A stretch of DNA of 64,000 bases from Cetobacterium sp. (lineage in GTDB: Bacteria > Fusobacteriota > Fusobacteriia > Fusobacteriales > Fusobacteriaceae): the NCBI RefSeq assembly GCF_051649505.1, contig NZ_JBOFHF010000039.1; one strand, written 5' to 3'. Positions 8,990 through 17,000 of this stretch are shown piece after piece. The notes under the pieces are model-generated. The model ran no database searches, was not told the DNA's origin, and worked only from the letters and a program-made list of their open reading frames with translations. The position numbers were made by a program, and so were the translations under genes. Within the stretch, counting starts at the first letter, position 1. The number at the start of each line of letters is the position of its first letter.

Positions 8990-10494
8990 TTTTCATCTCC
9001 CTTAAAACCTTTTTGTGTAATCAGTTTTATACCAATTAAAATTAAAATCTGTGTAATGATAGCAAATACTATTAAGTAGCTATTTTCAGCGAAACCACCT
9101 ATTAAAAACACAGTTATCGCTAAACCTGCATTTATAAGAGCATATGGAGTCTGAGTTTTAACGTGATTTATATGATCACAACCAGCACCAGCAGATGAAA
9201 GAATCGTTGTATCTGAGATTGGAGAAACATGATCTCCAAAAAGTCCGCCTGAAAGAATAGCTCCTATTGTAACGTAAAGCGGAGCGTTAAAAGTCAGAGC
9301 CATAGGAATAACAAGAGGTATCATAATACTAAAAGTTCCCCATGAGCTCCCAGTTGAAAACGAGATTATAGCTCCAAATAAAAATGCTATAGCTGGAATA
9401 AACCCAGAGTTTATATCTATTGATTTTAAGAAACTGATTAGAAATTGGTCAGCTCCTAAATCTTTGTTGATAACTCCTAAAGACCAAGCCAAAATAAGGA
9501 TTATCACAATCTCACTCATCTTTTTCATACCATTAAGATAGATTGAGAATATCTCTTTGAAAGTTTTAGATTTATAAAATAGCATCAGACCCATAAGAAC
9601 TAAAGCAGCATATAGATATCCACTTGTAAGAGCGGCTCTAAAAGCTCCCCCAGAAACTCTAGAAGTTATAAATGAAACTCCTAGCATCGAGAAAAGTGTT
9701 CCTAGAAGAACAAGGATTGGCAACCAAACAAAAGAGCCACGAGCATTTTCAACACGATACTTTGAGTTATCAACTGTCATTTCATTTTCAGCAACCTCGC
9801 TTTCTAAAGAGAGATTATCTTCAAAAGTTTTCATAGGTCCAAAATCTAACTTTAAAAGAGTCAGAGTTGGAATTATAGTTAAAGCTAGCAGTGGATATAT
9901 GTTAAAAGGTATCGATTTTATAAAACTTTCGTAGTCTGAAAGATTCAGATTTAAAAGCTCAAACTCTTTTTGAAGCAATCCAATTATGAAAACTCCCCAT
10001 CCGATAAACGGGACTAAAACCGCGACTGGTGATGAAGTTGAATCTAAAATGAAAGCTAGTTTTTCCTTAGATATTTTCAATCTTTTAAAAAATGGATTGA
10101 AGATAGGTCCTACAATTAGAGGGGTTCCCAAATCAGAGAAAAATATCATAATCCCTGTGAAATATGCAAGAAGCTGAGCTTTTCTCTTTGAGTTGATAGA
10201 GTTTTTAAAACTTTCAGCAAAAGCGTAAGCTCCTCCAGACATCATCATAAGTTCAATAAATCCACCTATAAAAATCATAAGCACAATAACCCCAGCATTG
10301 TAGCTATCTGTAAGCTGATTTATAAAATATTTACCAACTAGAACCTTTGTAGTCTCTAGCGGATTATAGTTATTTAATATAAAAATTCCACAGAATACAC
10401 TGGAAAAAAGTGACAAAACTACGTTTTTAGTTTTGATTGATAAGAAAACTGCAATTAAAATTGGAACGATAGATAAAACCCCGAATGAAACCAT
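8944..10494 (-). CDS. NhaC-family Na+/H+ antiporter / amino-acid transporter
   Basis: Multi-TM protein with EKLAFILDSTSSP, FSTGSSWGTF and GGLFGDHVSPISDTTILSS motifs. Confidence 0.85.
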   Translation of the reverse strand: MVSFGVLSIVPILIAVFLSIKTKNVVLSLFSSVFCGIFILNNYNPLETTKVLVGKYFINQLTDSYNAGVIVLMIFIGGFIELMMMSGGAYAFAESFKNSINSKRKAQLLAYFTGIMIFFSDLGTPLIVGPIFNPFFKRLKISKEKLAFILDSTSSPVAVLVPFIGWGVFIIGLLQKEFELLNLNLSDYESFIKSIPFNIYPLLALTIIPTLTLLKLDFGPMKTFEDNLSLESEVAENEMTVDNSKYRVENARGSFVWLPILVLLGTLFSMLGVSFITSRVSGGAFRAALTSGYLYAALVLMGLMLFYKSKTFKEIFSIYLNGMKKMSEIVIILILAWSLGVINKDLGADQFLISFLKSIDINSGFIPAIAFLFGAIISFSTGSSWGTFSIMIPLVIPMALTFNAPLYVTIGAILSGGLFGDHVSPISDTTILSSAGAGCDHINHVKTQTPYALINAGLAITVFLIGGFAENSYLIVFAIITQILILIGIKLITQKGFKGDEKCSTFQEDSKKQQVI

Positions 10495-10530
10495 TTTTTA
10501 AATCCTCCTGTATTTTAAAAATACTACCCC

Positions 10531-10561
10531 AAAAGAAAAGGCATACCAAAAATGGTATGCC
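10531..10561 (-). terminator. Intrinsic terminator inside the 5' leader of nhaC-argH (attenuator)
   Basis: Minus-strand GGCATACCA-TTTT-TGGTATGCC followed by TTTTCTTTT, about 37 nt upstream of the nhaC start. Confidence 0.8.
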
Positions 10562-10697
10562 GTAGAGAACTTAACTAAGTTAATAAGCGTATTGTTATGG
10601 CAGCGTCACAATACTTAATTCACAGGATCATAACATCTACGCCGTCGGCCTTAGGCTCCGTATATGGAAGTGAACTAACCTCTATTTTGTTTTATTA
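10562..10697 (-). ncRNA. Candidate cis-regulatory RNA (riboswitch-like leader), family not recognised
   Basis: GC-richer structured leader between a sigma70 promoter and an intrinsic terminator. UAGAGG (10684-10679) can pair with UCUCUA (10568-10563) to close the domain. Confidence 0.55.
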
Positions 10698-10703
10698 GAT
10701 GTG

Positions 10704-10733
10704 AGTATACTATATAATCACTCTAGTTGTCAA
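10704..10733 (-). promoter_or_regulatory. sigma70-type promoter of nhaC-argH
   Basis: TTGACA-N18-TATACT on the minus strand. Confidence 0.7.
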
Positions 10734-10750
10734 TTTTTTTATTTTTAAAT

Positions 10751-12250
10751 TTATTGAAGATTGATTAAAACTCCAATAACCATGAAGATTGAACCTAGAA
10801 GGAATAACACTCCTTGGAACTTAATTTGTAACTTTGCCCAAACTCCCCACTCAATTTTAGCAATTCCTAAAATCGCCATCAGAATTCCAGAAGTTGGAAC
10901 GAACATATTTGTAAATCCATCTCCTAGTTGGAAAGCAAGTACAGCAACTTGTCTAGGAACTCCAACTAAGTCAGCTAGAGGCGCCATTATTGGCATCGTA
11001 AGTGCAGCTTGTCCAGATCCAGATACAACAAAGAAGTTGAATGTAGATTGGAAGAAGTACATTGCGATTGCTGATACAGAAGCGTGTAGTTGACTTAGAA
11101 CTCCAGCCACTGAGTTAAGAACAGTGTTTAAAACTGTAGGTGTTCCAGCATCTACTCCACCAAGAACTAAAACAATTCCTTTTGCCATTCCAACAACTAA
11201 AGCAGCTCCGATTAACTCTTCTGCTCCTTTTCTGAAAGATATGGCGATATCATTTACTGTCATATTGTTTAAGTTGAATATAACTCCAATTATTCCAGAG
11301 ATAATACCCATAATTGTGAATTGAGCAGCGATTTCAGGAAGGTAGTAACCATGTAATACAACTCCCCAAACAATCCAAGACATCCCTAAGAATATAGTTA
11401 AGAATACTAATTTATGCCCAAACTTGAATTCTAAATCCTCTGCTTCATCAGCTTTGAAGTCATCTCTAAAGAATTTATCAGTCTCATAAGAGATAGATAA
11501 CTCAGGGTTAGCTTTAACTTTCTTAGCATAGTTCATAGTGTAAACAATTCCAAATGTCGTAAAGAATATCCACATAGCTATTCTAAACATAGCACCAGAA
11601 AGTACAGGAACTCCTGCAACCCCTTGAGCTATAGCCACACTGAATGGATTCATCCAAGAAGTAGCAAAACCAATTTGAGTTGAGATGTAGCACATAAAGA
11701 TTCCAGTGATAGAGTCATATCCCATTCCAACAACGATAGGAATTAAGATCATAGCAAACGGGATAGCTTCCTCTCCCATACCAAATACAGCTCCACCTAA
11801 AGAGAACAGTAGGAACACTAGAGGAATTAATAGTACCTCAGATCCTTTTGTCTTCTTTATCATATTTAGGATTCCAGCTTCAACAGCCTTAGTTTTTAAA
11901 ATAATACCGAAAGCTCCACCTGTAATCAGGATGAAAGCGATAATTCCAACAGCAGTTCCCCACTTATCTCCACTAACAAGACCTTCGAAGATATAGTTAG
12001 TTATACTCATATCTCCACCAGCAGCAAAAATAGGAACACCTTTAATAAGTGGCTTTCCAAGCTCATCTAAAGCATAGGCAAAACTTCCAGGAACAGGAAC
12101 AGTTCTAGTTTTCATACCAGCTTCAGTAGCGTATTGAATTTTTTCCATAGTAAAGCTTCCAACTGGGATAAGATACGTCAGTATAGCAGCAAAAATAACT
12201 ACGAAAAAGATGATGACATAGGTATCAGGTATTCTGATTTTTTTCTTCAT
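10751..12250 (-). CDS. yfcC: YfcC-family putative basic amino acid antiporter
   Basis: IPDTYVIIF N-terminus, GFATSWMNPF, SGSGQAALTMPIMAPLADL and FQLGDG motifs. Confidence 0.8.
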   Translation of the reverse strand: MKKKIRIPDTYVIIFFVVIFAAILTYLIPVGSFTMEKIQYATEAGMKTRTVPVPGSFAYALDELGKPLIKGVPIFAAGGDMSITNYIFEGLVSGDKWGTAVGIIAFILITGGAFGIILKTKAVEAGILNMIKKTKGSEVLLIPLVFLLFSLGGAVFGMGEEAIPFAMILIPIVVGMGYDSITGIFMCYISTQIGFATSWMNPFSVAIAQGVAGVPVLSGAMFRIAMWIFFTTFGIVYTMNYAKKVKANPELSISYETDKFFRDDFKADEAEDLEFKFGHKLVFLTIFLGMSWIVWGVVLHGYYLPEIAAQFTIMGIISGIIGVIFNLNNMTVNDIAISFRKGAEELIGAALVVGMAKGIVLVLGGVDAGTPTVLNTVLNSVAGVLSQLHASVSAIAMYFFQSTFNFFVVSGSGQAALTMPIMAPLADLVGVPRQVAVLAFQLGDGFTNMFVPTSGILMAILGIAKIEWGVWAKLQIKFQGVLFLLGSIFMVIGVLINLQ

Positions 12251-12300
12251 TTTACATTCTCCTTCTAAAAATTATGTATATTTTTTTGTTTTTCTGAGAA

Positions 12301-12330
12301 AGTATACTACAGATTAATGCTAAGTGTCAA
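12301..12330 (-). promoter_or_regulatory. sigma70-type promoter of yfcC
   Basis: TTGACA-N18-TATACT on the minus strand. Confidence 0.65.
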
Positions 12331-12506
12331 TCTAAAAAAGACAGCTTATTGTCCTTTTTTTTAGTATCAAAGTATTTTATTTTAATAAAGTTCTTTTACA
12401 AAGAACAAAAGTACTAAAAAACAGTAAAAAAACTGTTGTATTTTAATTTTTTATATGTTATTATCTTTAAAAATAAAAAATAATTTTCAAAAGGACGGTG
12501 ATAATT

Positions 12507-13931
12507 ATGAGTAACGAAAGAGGTAATTGGGGATCGAGTGTTGGATTTGTATTGGCAGCTGCAGGGTCAGCTATTGGACTTGGAAATTTATGGAAGTTTC
12601 CATATTTAGCAGGAAAGAATGGTGGAGGAGCATTTGTATTGGTGTATCTAACACTGATAGTAATACTAGGATTCTCTTTAATGCTAGGAGAGATGGCTAT
12701 AGGTAGAAGAGGAAAATCGGATGCCTTCGGTTCATACAACAACATTAAAAAAGGTTGGGGATTCATAGGAATATTTGGAATTTTATGTTGCTTCATTATC
12801 TACTCTTACTATGTAGTTATCGCTGGGTGGATTGTAAAATATATCGGTATGTTTATTAGAGGAGGATTAACAGAGGATCCAGTGACAACATTTGGAAACT
12901 TTATCTCTTCTGGAACATCACCTATAGTATATAGCTTCATTGTAGTAATTGTAACGGCATTAATTGTTTTAAAAGGTGTATCTGGTGGAATTGAAAAAGC
13001 AAGTAAAATAATGATGCCTGTATTGTTCATATTTATGCTAGTTATTGTTGCAAGATCGGTAACTCTTCCAAATGCAATGGAAGGAATAAAATATTTCCTT
13101 AAGCCTGATTTCTCACAGATAACTCCTTCAGTTGTAATAGCAGCTTTAGGACAGGTATTTTTCTCACTAAGTTTAGGTATGGGTGCTATGATAACTTATG
13201 GTAGTTACTTACCTAAGGATACAAACCTTGTAAAAAGTGCGTTATGTATCCCAGTGCTAGATACACTTATTGCTTTATTAGCAGGACTTGCCATCCTACC
13301 AGCAGTTTTCTCGTTTGGATTAGAGCCAACAGCTGGACCAGGATTAATCTTTATAACTTTACCAAAAGTATTTGCTTCAATGCCTTTTGGAAATGTATTT
13401 GGAATTATATTCTTCCTATTAGTTTTATTTGCTGCACTTACATCAACTATCTCTTTACTAGAGGTTGTAGTATCGTTTGTTGTGGATCAAATGAAATTAG
13501 ATAGAAAAAAAGCTACAATTTTAGTAAGTGCTTTAATAGCAGGATTTGCAATTCCAAACTCACATTCGTTTGGACCAATGGCAGATTTAAACGTATTCTT
13601 TGGAATGAACTTCTTTGATTTCTTAGGATACTTAACAGATAATATTTTACTTCCGGTTGGAGGACTTATGCTTTGTGTATTTGTTGGATTTATCTGGGAT
13701 AAAGAGGATCTTAAAAATGAGATTACAAACAATGGTGAGGTTTCATTCCCACTATTCTCAGCTTGGATGATTGGAGTTAAATACTTAGGAATCCAACTGT
13801 TATCACTGATTTTACTTGGAGCAGTAGGGGTTGTAGGAAAAGGTATAAACTACTCACTGATCGCAATCTTTATGTTACAAGTTTTATTTGATGTGTTAGA
13901 GAATAAAAAGAAATCTAAATCAGCAGCTTAA
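12507..13931 (+). CDS. NSS (SNF) family sodium-dependent amino-acid transporter
   Basis: R..W.S..GF.LAAAGSAIGLGNLWKFPY, GGGAF and GQVFFSLSLG motifs. ATG 12507 is preferred over GTG 12498 by RBS spacing. Confidence 0.9.
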   Translation: MSNERGNWGSSVGFVLAAAGSAIGLGNLWKFPYLAGKNGGGAFVLVYLTLIVILGFSLMLGEMAIGRRGKSDAFGSYNNIKKGWGFIGIFGILCCFIIYSYYVVIAGWIVKYIGMFIRGGLTEDPVTTFGNFISSGTSPIVYSFIVVIVTALIVLKGVSGGIEKASKIMMPVLFIFMLVIVARSVTLPNAMEGIKYFLKPDFSQITPSVVIAALGQVFFSLSLGMGAMITYGSYLPKDTNLVKSALCIPVLDTLIALLAGLAILPAVFSFGLEPTAGPGLIFITLPKVFASMPFGNVFGIIFFLLVLFAALTSTISLLEVVVSFVVDQMKLDRKKATILVSALIAGFAIPNSHSFGPMADLNVFFGMNFFDFLGYLTDNILLPVGGLMLCVFVGFIWDKEDLKNEITNNGEVSFPLFSAWMIGVKYLGIQLLSLILLGAVGVVGKGINYSLIAIFMLQVLFDVLENKKKSKSAA

Positions 13932-13956
13932 AAGAAATTAGAATAATTCTTCTATT

Positions 13957-13988
13957 AAAAGATGTAGTTTTTTAGCTACATCTTTTTT
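13957..13988 (+). terminator. Rho-independent terminator
   Basis: AAAAGATGTAG/CTACATCTTTT stem with a T-run. Confidence 0.8.
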
Positions 13989-14044
13989 GTATTTTCTCTT
14001 TCAAAAATGTTATACTAAGTATACTAAACAATAAGGAGCAAGAC

Positions 14045-17000
14045 ATGAGAAGAGTGCTATTTTTATTTAAAATATTAATAATTTTAATAGTTCTACTAGA
14101 GAGTCTCTACGCTAAGGATATAGATCCTTTAAAGGAGTTCACCTACGATATAGTAGTTGAAAACTATACTCAAAATATCAAAAAAGATATTAGGGTAAAA
14201 AATAATTTAAATGAGTTACGTGGAGTTTTAGCCAATAACGGTGAAAACTTTTTAGATATAGAGGGTGCTGCTTTTAAATCTTGGGAGATATACAGAGATG
14301 GTGAAAAGTTAAGTGTTGGAGATAGAGATGTTTTAGATGATACAATTTTAGAACTTCTTCAAAATGAGGTAGTAAAATATAAAATTGTAGCAAAGCCAAA
14401 TGAGAAGTTGCTCGGACAAAAGTTAAAAAATGAGGTAGTAATTTACGAGGGCGGACAGATATCAGAAAAGTTAAGTTATGAGAATGAGGTTTTAAAATCA
14501 AAACCAAAAATCAAAAGAGAGATAGATTCAGAGAGTTACACTTTAGGTGGGTATTTAACTTACAAACTAACAGTTGAACCGGATAGTTCGGGGTATCTGA
14601 ATAACTATATTGTTAATGAGCATATACAGGATATCTTAGTTCCAACTTTAAACGGGAAAGATGAACCTTTTTTAAAAGATATAGAGATTAAAACAAATCA
14701 GAAAACATCTGGAGTAGGGGTAGATATTCCTAGTGGAGAGAGTTTAATATATGAAGTTAAAGGGCGTGTAAATGATAAAGTTTTAGGAGATGTAACCTAT
14801 AAAGAGTTAACTATAAAAAGTCCACCTCCGAATATAAAGGCTAGGATTTTAAACTCTGGAAAATATTCTCCAGGAAGACTTTATACCTATGAAGTTGAGA
14901 TTGAAAATTCTGGACTTGGAAATGCTGAAGCCGTTCCAATTCGAGCTTTTATGAAAAAGAGTCTGGCTCGGGATTGGAATGAGGAGATGTCACCGGCATT
15001 TTTAAATGCTCAAGATATAAATGAAAAAGTGAATATTGGTGCTGGAAAAAAGATTTTTAAAAAATATTCAGTGACAATATCAGATTTTCTGATAGGTGAT
15101 GTGTATTTGGATTTTGTAATTAATAGTCATACGTACAACAATAAAATAGAATCACATTCACCAGAACCATATATAAGTAGAAAAGTAGAGAGATACCTAG
15201 ATAAAACAGGAAAGAAAAAAATAGACTCCTACACACCAGAAGGATATATAGAGTACCTTTTCAGAGTTGAGAACCGTGGAAAAGGGATTTTAAAAGGGTA
15301 TGATTTAGATCCAAGTATAGATGAGATTAAAACAAAATCTTCCACTGGAGATGAAATTTTGGCTTTTAGTAGAAGTGAGACCAAAAATGTTTTAGAGCGA
15401 GGAGAGGGAGCTCGTTTATTACCTGGAGGATTTACAGAGTACAGAGTTCTAGGAAAAGTTAGTAAAGACGCTGTAGGAGATATAAAAAAAGATGAGATAG
15501 TTTCAAAGATGATGAGTAGTGATGTAGCTCACACGTTTTCAGTTTCGAATAAAAACTATAAGCCTGGAGAGAGTATAGAATATGTTGTAAGCTTAAAAAA
15601 CAGTGGACTTGGAACGGCTTATGGAGTTCAGCATAAATTGGGAATAGATTCAGCTAAAGTTAAACAGTCTGGAATGCAGGATAGAGAGGTGAACCCTTTT
15701 AAAAATGTTGAAAAGATAGAGCAGTTTCCAACTATATACCCAGGTCAGGAGTTTAAATACACATTTAAAGGAGTTACTAAAAACAATATTTTTGAGAACA
15801 TAGAAGTCGATTCTATTTATGGTGAAGATAAAAAATCTACCTTAGTTGAAGCTCTTCCGGGAAAGTTGGAGTTTACGAACTCTTTAAAAAGTGTAAATGG
15901 AAAGATGATGAACGGAACCTTAAAATATAAACCTGGAGATATGGTAACATATGAAATTCAACTAAAAAATATAGGAGAGGGTTTTTTAAGCGGTGTTTCT
16001 ATAAAAAGTAATCTCGATGAGATTAAAGCGTTTATGGCTGGGTCAGATGTGAAGGAAAAAGCACTTGAAAATATAGAGATATCGGTAAAAAGTAGTGACC
16101 CAAGAACAGTTATAACTTCTGAGATGGGAGACAATTTAAATCATATACGAAAAAAAATAGATTTCGCTCCGAAGAGTAGTATAACTTTTCATATTTCAGG
16201 AGTTGTTTCTGATAAAACTTTAGGAACTTTGAGTGGCCTAGTTTTCAAAGTGAATGGTATCACTAAAACATCAGAGGAACTTTCGGGTTTTGGAGGCTCT
16301 GTAACTGGAGAGAAGATTTTACTTCAACCAGAAAATGGAGTATACAAACCTGGAGATAAATTGAAATATATGCTTACTATTAAAAATAGTGGTGATGGAT
16401 ATGGTAGGTATATTCCGATAGAGGATTTGTTATCAGAGGTTAGAACTGAAAAAGAGGGAAAACGTTATGGGCGAGCTTTTAGTAATTGGAAGGTAACTTA
16501 TTTAGGGGCTCGTGATGAATCTTCAAGATTTAAGAAGTACACATATTTAAAAAATGAGGTGTTGGGTCGAGAGGATTTAAACACAAAGGTGGATATAGGT
16601 CCTGGAGTTGAGATAGAGTTTTTGATAGAAGCGGATATAGATGAAGATGCGATAGGAGTTATTGAAAGTAAGGCTAAAATAGCTGGTGGAACAACTGATG
16701 GCCAAACTATATTTTTAAAACCTATCTCTGAATACTCAGAAGAGGAAAAAGTTGAGCAGGGGATTCGTGTGAAGCTCAGTTCGACGAAAAGTGAATTGAA
16801 AATAGGAGAAGTTGTGGGTTTTACCGTAAATGTTGAAAATCGTGACAATAAAACTTATGAAAACCTATCTTTAAAAAATATAACTCCAAAAGGTTTTAGA
16901 TATTTAGAGGATGAAGTAGAAAATTTTTCCTTGGTTGCAGATCAAAAATACACTAAGACGTTTTATATGAAAGCGACGGTTGGAGCAAGTGTTGGAAAAA

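Noticed and set aside
10562-10697. Assignment of the nhaC leader to lysine, SAM-I, T-box, FMN or purine classes
   Set aside because: Only fragments match (AUAGAGGU, GCCGAC, CUCUAC). The core consensus blocks are missing, so it is left unassigned.
10704-12330. Identical TTGACA-N18-TATACT design of the nhaC and yfcC promoters as evidence of co-regulation; ArgR boxes
   Set aside because: Both are near-consensus sigma70 promoters with different spacers, and no convincing ARG-box palindrome was seen.
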